Assembly: GCA_050250255.1 (NCBI GenBank)
Contig: JBFWOZ010000002.1
Location: 64,001 to 128,000, forward strand
Direction of reading: 5' to 3'
Length of the DNA stretch: 64,000 nt
Source: Bdellovibrionales bacterium
Lineage (GTDB): Bacteria; Bdellovibrionota; Bdellovibrionia; Bdellovibrionales; DASUEL01
Shown: positions 20,988-34,478 of the stretch, piece by piece
Layout: each line of letters starts with the position of its first letter
Numbering within the stretch: position 1 is the first letter of the stretch
The notes under the pieces: model-generated
What the model was told of the DNA's origin: nothing
Databases searched by the model: none
The model's input: only the letters and a program-made list of their open reading frames with translations
Translations under genes and position numbers: made by a program

Positions 20988-22343
20988 TTACTTTCCGATA
21001 CAAAAATCTTTAAAAATACGGTCGACCACTTTTTCTGAAATATCTCGACCCAATAACTCGCTAAATTTTCCAAGTGCCTCTCTCAGTTCCAGCGCAACAA
21101 TTTCTTCGCCAGCTCCTTGAGTCAGGGCCCTGCGGGCACCCTCCAGCGACACCTTGATTTGGGAAATACATTCGTAGTGGCGTGCCTGCATGACCTCTGC
21201 CGATGTATTCGAGTGCACATCCAAAAGCTCGGCCTTCAATCTCTTCTCAAGTTCTTCCAAGCCTTTTTTAGTTTTTGTACTCAGGGTCAATTCCTCTTGT
21301 GATTCGGTTACCACGAGATCGCTTTTGTTACCTATCTTCATTTTTTTACCAGAGATTTTATTCCAATTCTCTTCGTCTTCTACCTGCCATCCCTTATTCA
21401 AATCGTAAATATAGAGGGTGAGTTCGGATTGAGAGATGGCGCGGTGACTTCTTTCAACGCCCTCTCGTTCGATTTCATCAGAGGTTAGCCTAAGTCCCGC
21501 TGTATCTACAAAGTTGGCTTTGATCGGGCCTACAAACATTTCCGCATGAATCGTGTCGCGAGTCGTCCCCGCTACGGGAGAGACAATGGCGCGATCTTCT
21601 CGAAGAAGAGCATTGAGAAGACTTGATTTTCCAGCGTTAGGCAGGCCCGCAATTGCAATGTTCACACCTTCGCGAATCATATGGCCACTTTTGTACGCGC
21701 GAATAAGATCTTCGCAACTATCGAGCGCCTCTTCGAGTCGAAACTGTAGGTCCTCGGTGGAAATTTCCTCAAGTCCTTCGGTCGCAAAATCAATGTTGGC
21801 CTCTAGGCGTGAGAGCGTCCAAATAATGTCTTTTTCGATGTCGATAAATTTTTGGCTCAGGCGACCTTCGAGTTGTCGTTGGGCAAGCTTCGCAGCTTCC
21901 AGAGTTTGGCTCTGAATCAGAGACATCACGCCCTCAGCCTGTACCAAATCTAGTCGCCCATTAAGAAATGCCCGATAAGTGAACTCTCCTCGTTCAGCCG
22001 CGCGCGCTCCTTTTTCTGCAAGGCCCGATAAGATTGCAGAAACAATATGCGGATTACCATGACAAGAAATTTCGACGGTCTCATCCCCGGTATAGGAGTG
22101 TCCTTCGGCAAAATAAGTCATGACGACGTCGTCGAGTTTTTCATTTTCTGAAGAAAAAAGATCAAGATAGTAAGCCCGATGATCTTCGGGCTGATCAGGA
22201 AACTGTGGTGCCAACTCTTTTGCGATCCTTGCGGCCCGCGGACCACAGACCCGCAAGACAGAGATCCCCGCTCGCCCCTGGGCAGAGGTCAAAGCGCAGA
22301 TCGTGTCTTCATCTCGACTTAAAAGACTGGCGTTCCAACTCAT
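20988..22343 (-). CDS. mnmE: tRNA modification GTPase MnmE
   Basis: GLPNAGKSS, GTTRD, DTAG, NKSD, C-terminal FCIGK. Confidence 0.98.
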   Translation of the reverse strand: MSWNASLLSRDEDTICALTSAQGRAGISVLRVCGPRAARIAKELAPQFPDQPEDHRAYYLDLFSSENEKLDDVVMTYFAEGHSYTGDETVEISCHGNPHIVSAILSGLAEKGARAAERGEFTYRAFLNGRLDLVQAEGVMSLIQSQTLEAAKLAQRQLEGRLSQKFIDIEKDIIWTLSRLEANIDFATEGLEEISTEDLQFRLEEALDSCEDLIRAYKSGHMIREGVNIAIAGLPNAGKSSLLNALLREDRAIVSPVAGTTRDTIHAEMFVGPIKANFVDTAGLRLTSDEIEREGVERSHRAISQSELTLYIYDLNKGWQVEDEENWNKISGKKMKIGNKSDLVVTESQEELTLSTKTKKGLEELEKRLKAELLDVHSNTSAEVMQARHYECISQIKVSLEGARRALTQGAGEEIVALELREALGKFSELLGRDISEKVVDRIFKDFCIGK

Positions 22344-22894
22344 TCGCTCGCGTGAGCGGAATCTCTGCGGTCACCTTGTCGTTTACGTGGCTCAAGTCCT
22401 GCTGGAAAAATTTTGATTTTTTTGTATAAACCATCGCCGATCGATTTGCTCTTCACACGAGTGTCGTTGGAAAGATGCTGGTGAATCACCTTGCGATCTT
22501 TTGGTGCGAGGGCGCGAATGTAAACCGATTTGTTCTTTTCGATGGCAACTTCTTTTAACTTATCTGCGAGCTCGATGAGCGCCTGGCTAGATTCTTCACG
22601 GTACCCACCAGCATCAAACACAACGTCTGCTTTGAACTCTGGGATGTTGTGCTGAAGCACTCTTTTCACATAAAATTGAAAAGCATCCATAAGCTGTCCG
22701 TCTTTTTCTTTTAATAGCTCTTCATCGCCACCCTGAAGTTCTACCGTAATTTTCTCAGGGTCTTCAGTAACGGCATGAGTAAGATCAAACTCCCCTACCT
22801 TGAAAATTCCATCGAGCGTGCTCTCGATGATTTCGGTCGCTTTGGATCCAGAAGAAGATTTTCCCCCACCGAATAGTTTTTTAAAAAAGCTCAT
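22340..22894 (-). CDS. jag: Jag/KhpB-like KH-R3H protein lacking the Jag_N domain
   Basis: R3H motif DRKVIH, S.G.G; lies between yidC and mnmE. Confidence 0.85.
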   Translation of the reverse strand: MSFFKKLFGGGKSSSGSKATEIIESTLDGIFKVGEFDLTHAVTEDPEKITVELQGGDEELLKEKDGQLMDAFQFYVKRVLQHNIPEFKADVVFDAGGYREESSQALIELADKLKEVAIEKNKSVYIRALAPKDRKVIHQHLSNDTRVKSKSIGDGLYKKIKIFPAGLEPRKRQGDRRDSAHASE

Positions 22895-22902
22895 TATCCC
22901 TC

Positions 22903-24522
22903 CTACGTCTGTGCGCTTGCGGCTTGTGTTGTTAGACTCTTGTCTCTCATAAACAGATATTGCTGACAGATCCCAAAAAGCGTACTCACAAAAATATAAA
23001 GTGTGAGCCCACTAGGTAGCGTCAGCATAAAAAACGAAAATAAAATTGGCATAAATTGAAGCACTTTTGCTTGAGCAGGATCCAGCGTCGACGGGGTGAT
23101 CTTTTGCTGAACGTACATCGTGATGCCCATGAGAACTGGCAAAATATAATATGGGTCTTTAAGGCTCAAATCATGAATCCAAAACATAAAAGGCGCTTTG
23201 TACAATTCAATGCTGTGATCAAGGACCTGATAAAGGGCAAAGAAAACAGGGAGCTGTAAAAACATGGGGAGACATCCTCCGATGGGATTCACCTTATGTT
23301 CACGCATTAAGTTCATCGTTTCGCGATTCATCGCCTGAGGGTCGTTTTTATATTTTTCGCGAAGTCTTTGCATGTGCGGCTGAATGGTCTGCATCGCCTT
23401 CATTGACTTGTACGACATGATGTTAAATGGAAGGACCACAAATCTTACGAGAAGCGTGAGTAAAATAATCGCCACACCGTAGTTGAGGGTTATGGAGAAA
23501 AACCAATTCATGAGTTTCAAGAGCGGCTCTGCAAGCCAGCTAAAAAACCCAAAGTCGACGATCTTCACGAACTGTGGGTTTGCCGAATTCAAAAGCTTTA
23601 GGTCTTTCGGTCCCGCATAGAATTGGAATTGCAAATCCATTTCTTTAAGTTCGGGATTTTTTGTATGCGTGAGCTGACCATACATTTTTTCATCTGTCGC
23701 ATCAGTACCTGTGCGAAATTCCGGCAAAACGCTCGAGCTGTCGAAAAAACCTTGGGTGAAATAGCGAGAGCTCATGCTTGCAAGCGACACCTGAGTAAAG
23801 CCTTTGTCGTAAGGACTATCCTGAGATGAAAAACTTCTGTCTGTCGTGGTCCCGTGAGCAATGAAAAAGCTCTGCCACTGAGACGTGTCCGTTGCGATGT
23901 TTTTTCCTTCGGCCGTCTTGGAATTTTTATGAAGCGTGTCTTCAGATAAAATATGAGTAATGCCCGCGATTTGTCCCTGCTGGTCACTCACTTCGGTGCG
24001 AACAAAAATGGAATATTTCGCCGAATCTATTTTGAGGGTTTTTGTGATTGTGGCAGATCCGACCCTTGCAACTCCCACAAATTCTGTCTCTGATTTTTTT
24101 TGCAGAGAGAATGGAGGTGGTGTCGCCAGCTCCTTTAATTGAGTCATTAATGGGAGATATTTTTCCGTGCTTCCAATGATGATCGGTTTTTCGCTACGAT
24201 CAAAATATCGCTTCAACTGGATCCCCTTAAGGCCCATGCCCAGGCTAGAGATTTCAAAGCTCCAAATGTCGTCTTCGAACTTCAATGTTTGTTCCGATGC
24301 CTTTGCAGGAATGGCTGCCACGGGTGCAGGCGCGCTTGGTGTCGCGGCTTCCGGTGTGGTCGGTGCCGTTGCTGCTGGTGCTGTCACTGCGGTTTGTTCT
24401 GTAGGTTTTGGGCGAGGGTATTTTTTTGTTAAGTAGTTTTGCCAACCAAACCAAACGGCGCCCACAAGAATAATTGCAATAATTGTTTTTGGATCTAAGA
24501 AGTTTTCGCGCTCTTGGTTCAT
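22903..24522 (-). CDS. yidC: Membrane protein insertase YidC
   Basis: YAGPK, VDFGFF, NPIGGCLP, WIHDLS..DPYY. Confidence 0.97.
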   Translation of the reverse strand: MNQERENFLDPKTIIAIILVGAVWFGWQNYLTKKYPRPKPTEQTAVTAPAATAPTTPEAATPSAPAPVAAIPAKASEQTLKFEDDIWSFEISSLGMGLKGIQLKRYFDRSEKPIIIGSTEKYLPLMTQLKELATPPPFSLQKKSETEFVGVARVGSATITKTLKIDSAKYSIFVRTEVSDQQGQIAGITHILSEDTLHKNSKTAEGKNIATDTSQWQSFFIAHGTTTDRSFSSQDSPYDKGFTQVSLASMSSRYFTQGFFDSSSVLPEFRTGTDATDEKMYGQLTHTKNPELKEMDLQFQFYAGPKDLKLLNSANPQFVKIVDFGFFSWLAEPLLKLMNWFFSITLNYGVAIILLTLLVRFVVLPFNIMSYKSMKAMQTIQPHMQRLREKYKNDPQAMNRETMNLMREHKVNPIGGCLPMFLQLPVFFALYQVLDHSIELYKAPFMFWIHDLSLKDPYYILPVLMGITMYVQQKITPSTLDPAQAKVLQFMPILFSFFMLTLPSGLTLYIFVSTLFGICQQYLFMRDKSLTTQAASAQT

Positions 24523-24531
24523 TTCTCTTAT

Positions 24532-24840
24532 TTACCTTTTTGTTGCTGGTGCGCTGACCGGATCATAACCAAAGGATCCGAAGGGGCGACACCGGATGAT
24601 TCTTTTTAAAATCATCCCCGCTGCTTTCAAGGGTGAGTGTTTTTCTAGCGCCTCAAGCGCATAGTCCGAACAGCTCGGTTGAAACCGGCAAGCTCCGCCC
24701 ATCCAAAATGCAGGTAAGGATTTATATGCGAGAACGGTCGCTATCAAAAGCTTTTTTCCTAGCGGAGCGAATATTTCTCCAGCCCCTCGCCAGAGGCTCT
24801 TCAAACTCTTGAAATGTAAGCTTTTTAAGAAAGTCATCAC
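24532..24840 (-). CDS. yidD: Membrane protein insertion efficiency factor YidD
   Basis: CRFQPSCSDYA, RC.PF...GYDPV; true start uncertain. Confidence 0.92.
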   Translation of the reverse strand: MMTFLKSLHFKSLKSLWRGAGEIFAPLGKKLLIATVLAYKSLPAFWMGGACRFQPSCSDYALEALEKHSPLKAAGMILKRIIRCRPFGSFGYDPVSAPATKR

Positions 24841-25117
24841 CCTGTTCTCTAATCACAATATTTAAATAGATAAGCTGGTTTGGGGTCAGCTCTTCTTTAC
24901 GAAAAAATTCGCGGCACCAGCGTTTCAATTTATTCCTTAAAACAGCTGTGCCCACTTTTTTAGGAATGGTCCAGCCAACATGCACGGCCGGCTTCGGATT
25001 TTTATCGACAATATAATTGAGAATCATCCATGGCGTGACTTTAAGTCTCTTTCCGCTACGGGAAAGTCTCAAGAAATCAGACCTCTTTTTGATAGTCTGG
25101 TATCGTCTCGCCTGCAT
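24722..25117 (-). CDS. rnpA: RNase P protein component
   Basis: KKVGTAVLRNKLKR (RNR motif). Confidence 0.93.
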   Translation of the reverse strand: MQARRYQTIKKRSDFLRLSRSGKRLKVTPWMILNYIVDKNPKPAVHVGWTIPKKVGTAVLRNKLKRWCREFFRKEELTPNQLIYLNIVIREQGDDFLKKLTFQEFEEPLARGWRNIRSARKKAFDSDRSRI

Positions 25118-25126
25118 CGCGCAGGA

Positions 25127-25276
25127 TTATTTATGGCTCGTTGTTGCCGCAAGACGTTTACGGCCTTTGGCGCGACGTCGTGCAAGAACAGTTCTTCCGC
25201 CAGAAGTGGCCATACGAGAACGGAAACCGTGAGTGGTTTTTCTTTTTTTTCTACTCGGCTGATACGTACGTTTCAT
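25127..25276 (-). CDS. rpmH: 50S ribosomal protein L34 (49 aa, not in ORF track)
   Basis: Hand-translated [49 protein letters not shown]. Confidence 0.97.
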   Translation of the reverse strand: MKRTYQPSRKKRKTTHGFRSRMATSGGRTVLARRRAKGRKRLAATTSHK

Positions 25277-25404
25277 GTGAACTCTCCAAAACTATTCCAA
25301 TTGTGAGGAGGATAGAACCATGACGCAACACTCACTGTCAAGTTGTTGTAAATCAAAATGCCGGTATGTTAGACCATTCGATCGTACCAGAGGGGCAATC
25401 GTAC

Positions 25405-26949
25405 ATGGAAGATACAGAAAACAACCCGAAAAACACCATTTCGGACCAATTTGATCTTTTTCTCAACTCACCAGCGGAGACAGCTCCGTTTGGATCTGAG
25501 AGTCTTGAGGAGAAGATTCGCGTGCCTTTTGGACCACTTACGGGCACCCAAAACGCAGGAATAGGCCCTTTTTCTCTCGAATTTTGGACAAAGCTTAAAA
25601 TTGATCTCCTGAATAAACATGCCTCGAACAAACCTTTTAAAAATTGGTTTGAAGCCGTAGAGTTTATCGATACGGATCTCGGGGATTATGGTTATGGCCT
25701 TCGTTTGCGGGTTCCTAGCGAGCTCCATAAATACTGGCTTTCTGAGAATGTTCTTGAAGAGTTAACTTCCGAAATTGCTCAACTTTATCGCGGTCCTTTC
25801 CGTGTAGAATTTATCGTTAGTGGCGCGGCTCAGGCTTCCTCCCATTACAGCACTCCAACCTCTGGAAATATTGAGACGGCCCCTGCGTCAGAAATCGTGG
25901 AGACCTCTTCCTCTAGTGGAAATCTCTATTTAAATCCTAATTATACTTTTGGTACTTTTGTCGTTGGTCGAAATAACGAATTTGCTCATGCGGCTTGCTT
26001 CAATGTGGCCGAGCGCCCAGGAAGTGGATACAACCCTCTTTTTATCTGCGGACCAACGGGTATGGGTAAAACCCACTTACTCAATGCTGTAGGAAATCAC
26101 ATTCGAGATAAATTTCCTCAGATGAGAATTTGCTACCTTTCTGCAGAACGTTTTCTTAATGAATGTATCTCTGGAATTCGTCGAAATACGATGGATAAAT
26201 TCCGACTGCGATATCGTGAAAGATGCGATGTTCTTTTAATTGATGATATTCAAACTCTAGGGCGTGGCGAAGCTGTGCAGGATGAGTTTTTTCACACTCT
26301 GAATGATTTCTTTGAAACTCGAAGACAGGTCATTGTTGCGAGTGATCGCATGCCCAATGACATTCATGGTTTAGAAGATCGTATTCAATCTCGCCTCCAG
26401 TGGGGTTTGATTGCGGATATTCAGGTTTCTGATATGGAAACGCGTCTGGCGATTCTACGTTATAAAGCAGAGAAAAAAGGAGTGCGTCTTCCTGACGACG
26501 TAGCCAATTACATTGCCAGTATCTCGAAAAAATCGATTCGTGAGCTTGAAGGTAACCTGAATCGCGTGACTATTCATATGGAGCTCTATGGTGGTCATTT
26601 AGGCCTGGAAGTGGCGAAAAAAGCCCTGATGGCGCAGGCTAGTCAGCTGGATACTCTCACGCCTGATCAGATCCAAAAAATGGTGGCTGATGTCTTTAAT
26701 GTGAAGATTCTCGATTTAAAGTCGAAAAGTCGTGGCCGTCCTTTGGTAACTGCGCGTCAAACAGCTATGGTTCTCATGAAAAACTATCTGAACCAGAGCG
26801 TCACTGATATTGGACGATTCTTTAATAAAGACCACTCAACGGTGATCAACGCATTGCAGAGAATTGAGAATCAACGACTTGAAGATCGAAATTTAGATAA
26901 TGTTATTAAAAACTTAGAGAGCAGAATCCACAATATTCTCGGCTTGTGA
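25405..26949 (+). CDS. dnaA: Replication initiator DnaA
   Basis: YNPLFICGPTGMGKTHL, LLIDDIQ, RELEG, DHSTV; start at 25405 chosen for the AGAGGGG RBS (ORF open from 25366). Confidence 0.97.
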   Translation: MEDTENNPKNTISDQFDLFLNSPAETAPFGSESLEEKIRVPFGPLTGTQNAGIGPFSLEFWTKLKIDLLNKHASNKPFKNWFEAVEFIDTDLGDYGYGLRLRVPSELHKYWLSENVLEELTSEIAQLYRGPFRVEFIVSGAAQASSHYSTPTSGNIETAPASEIVETSSSSGNLYLNPNYTFGTFVVGRNNEFAHAACFNVAERPGSGYNPLFICGPTGMGKTHLLNAVGNHIRDKFPQMRICYLSAERFLNECISGIRRNTMDKFRLRYRERCDVLLIDDIQTLGRGEAVQDEFFHTLNDFFETRRQVIVASDRMPNDIHGLEDRIQSRLQWGLIADIQVSDMETRLAILRYKAEKKGVRLPDDVANYIASISKKSIRELEGNLNRVTIHMELYGGHLGLEVAKKALMAQASQLDTLTPDQIQKMVADVFNVKILDLKSKSRGRPLVTARQTAMVLMKNYLNQSVTDIGRFFNKDHSTVINALQRIENQRLEDRNLDNVIKNLESRIHNILGL

Positions 26950-27171
26950 TTTAGCCCGTGGATAACTCTGCTGATAACTCCGTGGGTTTGTTGGTTATTA
27001 CGACTTTTCCACAAAACAGAGGGTTGGTTTCACGGTTACTCAGAGAAGTAATAAACAAAAGAAACTTATTACTTCTCGATATTTAGGTTATAAGTCCCGT
27101 AATCCACGTTACCTACTACAGCTACTAGTATTTATATATATAAGAAACTAGTAAATAAGGGGGTCCAAAAT
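26950..27171. other. Replication origin oriC
   Basis: dnaA-dnaN spacer; DnaA-box-like TTATCCACG (minus, 26957-65), TTTTCCACA (27005-13), TAATCCACG (27100-08); trio-like CTA CTA CAG CTA CTA, then AT-rich TTTATATATATAA; gene orientation switches nearby. Confidence 0.88.
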
Positions 27172-28302
27172 ATGAAAATCAATGTTGAGAAATCTGACTT
27201 ACTTTCCCTTATCTCAAAAACTCAGAACATCGTTGAGAAAAGAAATACCATGCCCGTACTGGCGAACATTCTTTTTGAAGCGAAGGATGATCGACTCAAA
27301 GTTTTTGCAACAGATCTTGAAGTGAGTTTAACAGATTCGATTCCAGCAGAGATTGATCAGCCAGGACAAGTGGCGGTAAATGCAAAAAGTATTTTTGAAA
27401 TTGTGAGAGAGTTAAGTGAGGGACCCGTTCAACTCACAAAGAATACGAATAACTGGTTAAGCGTAAAGCAAAAAAAATCAGCATTTAATATTGTGGGAAT
27501 TTCATCAGAAGAATTTCCTATCTTCCCGACTTACTCTACGAAAGAGTTTATTAAGATTCAGTCTGATGTTCTCGCCGACATGATTGAGAAAACTCTTTAC
27601 AGCGTTTCTCATGATGAAACCCGCTACAACCTCAACGGAGTTTATTTTGAACAACTTCCTGAAGAGGGAGGAGTTCATTACAGAATGGTGGCGACAGATG
27701 GTCACCGTCTCAGTCTTGTGAATCGAAAAACACAATCAATTGCAAAAGAAAAAGTTCCTGGCGCTTCGAGTGATGGAGTGATTGTTCCCCGTAAAGGTTT
27801 ACAAGAAATTCGAAAACTTCTAGAAGTATCTAGTGGCGCGATCGAAATGGCGGTTGAGGGATCACAATTTATTCTTAAGGGCGGATCAACTTTGTTGATG
27901 ATTCGGTTGATTGAAGGAAAATATCCTAACTACAACCAACTCATTCCAAAAAATATGAAACGACTCGTGACTGTTTCTAAAGAACAACTCACATCTTCAC
28001 TCAGAAGAGTTTCACTTCTTTCAAATCAAAAGTCGAAGAGTGTAACTCTCACTTTGAATCCAGGTTTGATGCAAATTTCTTCTAACAACCCAGAAATGGG
28101 AGACGCGAAAGAAGAAATCGAAGTGGCTTATAAAGGCGAAGAGATGAAAATTGGGTTTAACGCAAAATATCTTCTGGATATTCTTAACAGTATCCATGAT
28201 GAAGAAATCAAAATTGAACTCAACGACCAACTTTCACCGGGGCTCATTCGTCCAGGACACGATGCTGACTACACATGCGTGGTCATGCCTATGAGAATTT
28301 AA
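27172..28302 (+). CDS. dnaN: DNA polymerase III beta clamp
   Basis: ATDLE, VATDGHRL, IGFN, VVMPMRI. Confidence 0.98.
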   Translation: MKINVEKSDLLSLISKTQNIVEKRNTMPVLANILFEAKDDRLKVFATDLEVSLTDSIPAEIDQPGQVAVNAKSIFEIVRELSEGPVQLTKNTNNWLSVKQKKSAFNIVGISSEEFPIFPTYSTKEFIKIQSDVLADMIEKTLYSVSHDETRYNLNGVYFEQLPEEGGVHYRMVATDGHRLSLVNRKTQSIAKEKVPGASSDGVIVPRKGLQEIRKLLEVSSGAIEMAVEGSQFILKGGSTLLMIRLIEGKYPNYNQLIPKNMKRLVTVSKEQLTSSLRRVSLLSNQKSKSVTLTLNPGLMQISSNNPEMGDAKEEIEVAYKGEEMKIGFNAKYLLDILNSIHDEEIKIELNDQLSPGLIRPGHDADYTCVVMPMRI

Positions 28303-28313
28303 GCTTCGATCCT

Positions 28314-31959
<3,646 letters not shown>

Positions 31960-31970
31960 GGAGTAGTTCA

Positions 31971-34478
31971 GTGGAACAAGATCAGCCACCAGCACAGCCT
32001 GGTGAGGGCAACGGCGGAAATAAAAACATTATTCCTGTCGATATCAATACGGAAATGAAAGAGGCTTATCTTCAATATTCGATGAGCGTCATCGTTGGCC
32101 GTGCCTTGCCAGACGTACGTGACGGCTTAAAGCCCGTTCACCGCCGAGTTCTCTTTTCCATGTACGAATCAGGCTACACCCACGACAAGCCTTATAAAAA
32201 ATCCGCCCGTGTCGTCGGGGATGTGATCGGTAAATACCACCCACATGGTGATTCTGCTGTTTACGACACCATCGTACGCATGGCTCAAGATTTTTCCATG
32301 CGCTATGTGATGATCGATGGACAAGGAAACTTCGGATCCATCGATGGCGATAATGCCGCCCACATGCGATACACAGAAGTGCGCATGACAGATTTTGCCG
32401 AAGAACTTTTGGCAGATCTCGACAAAGAAACCGTTCCGTTCGGCCCTAACTACGACGACTCTCTTCAAATTCCCCATGTGCTTCCGGCGAAATATCCGAA
32501 CCTCATGGTGAATGGAAGCACGGGTATTGCCGTGGGTATGGCGACAAATATTCCTCCTCACAACCTGACCGAAGTAGTGAGTGGCTGTATCGCCCTTATT
32601 AAAAATCCAGAACTCAGCATCGATGAACTTATTGAGATCATTCCCGGACCTGACTTTCCATCTGCGGGCGAAATCTCTGGCCGCGAAGGAATCCTTTCTG
32701 CCTACAAAAAAGGCCGCGGAATTATTTCCGTACGCGCCGTTTCGGAAGTCATTGCGAACAAGCAAGGTCGTGAACAAATCATCGTGACGGAACTTCCGTA
32801 TATGGTGAACAAAGCACGGTTGATTGAAAATATTGCGGACATGGTGAAGGACAAAAAAATCGAGGGTATCTCTGATATTCGCGACGAGTCCTCGCGCGAA
32901 GGCATGCGTATCGTTTTTGATATCAAGCGTGGTGAAAACGCCGAAGTGATTGCGAACCGCCTCTACAAATTTACGCAAATGCAGACGAGCTTTGGCATTA
33001 TCATGCTTGCGCTGGATGCGAAAAATCAGCCCAAAATTTTCAATTTAAAATCCATGCTCGCGGCCTTTTTGGATCACCGAAAAGAAGTCGTCACACGCAG
33101 ATGTATTTTTGAACTCAAGAAAGCCGAAGCCCGCATACATATTCTTAACGGCTTAAAAATGGCTCTTGATCAGATTGATGCCGTTGTGGCGACGATTCGT
33201 GCTTGTAAAGAGCCGAACGAAGCTCGTGTTGCTCTCGTAGAAAAATTTAAATTCAGCGAAATTCAGGCCCAAGCTATTTTAGAAATGCGCTTACAGCGCT
33301 TGACGGGTCTTGAGCGACAAAAAATTCAAGCCGAAATCGATGACCTTGAAAAAACTATTTCTTGGCTCAAAAAAGTTTTAGGTGACCCAGAAGAGATCAG
33401 CAAGATCATCGTTGGGGAGCTAGAAGAAGTTCGCAAAAAATTTGGCGACGATCGTAGAACGAAAATCACGGGTGATATGGGCAATATCGACGACGAAGAT
33501 CTGATCACCGAAGAAGACGTTGTCGTGACGTTTACTCATACGGGCTACATCAAACGAATCTCGATCGATGAGTATCGCTCTCAGCGCCGTGGCGGTAAAG
33601 GCATCAAGGGCATGGAAACACGAGAGGAAGACTTTGTTTCGAATCTCTTCGTGGCCAGCACGCTGACCACGCTCCTTGTGTTTACTGATAAAGGCAAAAT
33701 CTACTGGCTCAAAGTTCATAAGCTGCCGCAAGGAAACCGCACTTCTAAAGGAAAGTTTATTGCGAACGTCTTAAAACTTGGTGAAACCGAAAAAGTTCAG
33801 GCCATTCTCCCTGTTCAGGAGTTTGAAGACGATAAGTTTGTAGTTTTCGTGACGAAAAAAGGGGTCGTGAAGAAAACACCCCTCAGCGCGTTTTCAAACC
33901 CACGCCCATCGGGAATTATTGCTTTAACGATCGATCTCAATGACAGCCTGATCAGTGCGAAACTCAGCAGCGGCAAAGATGATATCTTTGTTGTAACAAA
34001 AGAAGGTATGTCGATTCGCTTCACTGAAGATGATGTTCGTGCCATGGGCCGTGCGGCTCGCGGAGTGAAAGCCATCAATCTCGTAGGTGAAGATGAAGTT
34101 GTTGGGGTTGAAGTTCTTCTGAAGGATTCGAAAAAGGCAATTTTGATTCTCACTTCTCACGGTTACGGAAAGCGTACAGAGATGGAAGAGTATCGCCCTC
34201 AGGGTCGTGGCGGTACGGGTATCATCACTCAGAAAACGACGGATAAAATTGGTAATGTCGTGGGTACGCTCATCGTTTCTGATGATGACGACATCATGAT
34301 CATTACAGACAAAGGGCAAATTATTCGAACTCGATGCAAAGAAATCTCCATGCTTGGTCGTAACACCCAGGGCGTGAGAGTGATTTCACTCAATGAAGGT
34401 GAGCTAGCCTCTTGTGTGGCTCTTGTGGCGGATAATGAAGACGACGAGACAAAAGCTCCAGGCGAACCAACCCATTAA
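31971..34478 (+). CDS. gyrA: DNA gyrase subunit A
   Basis: YHPHGD, MRYTE, GyrA-box QRRGGKG. Confidence 0.98.
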   Translation: MEQDQPPAQPGEGNGGNKNIIPVDINTEMKEAYLQYSMSVIVGRALPDVRDGLKPVHRRVLFSMYESGYTHDKPYKKSARVVGDVIGKYHPHGDSAVYDTIVRMAQDFSMRYVMIDGQGNFGSIDGDNAAHMRYTEVRMTDFAEELLADLDKETVPFGPNYDDSLQIPHVLPAKYPNLMVNGSTGIAVGMATNIPPHNLTEVVSGCIALIKNPELSIDELIEIIPGPDFPSAGEISGREGILSAYKKGRGIISVRAVSEVIANKQGREQIIVTELPYMVNKARLIENIADMVKDKKIEGISDIRDESSREGMRIVFDIKRGENAEVIANRLYKFTQMQTSFGIIMLALDAKNQPKIFNLKSMLAAFLDHRKEVVTRRCIFELKKAEARIHILNGLKMALDQIDAVVATIRACKEPNEARVALVEKFKFSEIQAQAILEMRLQRLTGLERQKIQAEIDDLEKTISWLKKVLGDPEEISKIIVGELEEVRKKFGDDRRTKITGDMGNIDDEDLITEEDVVVTFTHTGYIKRISIDEYRSQRRGGKGIKGMETREEDFVSNLFVASTLTTLLVFTDKGKIYWLKVHKLPQGNRTSKGKFIANVLKLGETEKVQAILPVQEFEDDKFVVFVTKKGVVKKTPLSAFSNPRPSGIIALTIDLNDSLISAKLSSGKDDIFVVTKEGMSIRFTEDDVRAMGRAARGVKAINLVGEDEVVGVEVLLKDSKKAILILTSHGYGKRTEMEEYRPQGRGGTGIITQKTTDKIGNVVGTLIVSDDDDIMIITDKGQIIRTRCKEISMLGRNTQGVRVISLNEGELASCVALVADNEDDETKAPGEPTH

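Noticed and set aside
25269..25284. Third parS-like site at the rpmH start (CGTTTCATGTGAACTC)
   Set aside because: Only about 11/16 match with a broken palindrome
32240..32380. Quinolone-resistance changes in GyrA
   Set aside because: HPHGDSAVYD keeps the Ser83/Asp87 equivalents; AAHMRY is a minor variant
32169..32978. 269-aa minus-strand ORF
   Set aside because: Antisense shadow of gyrA
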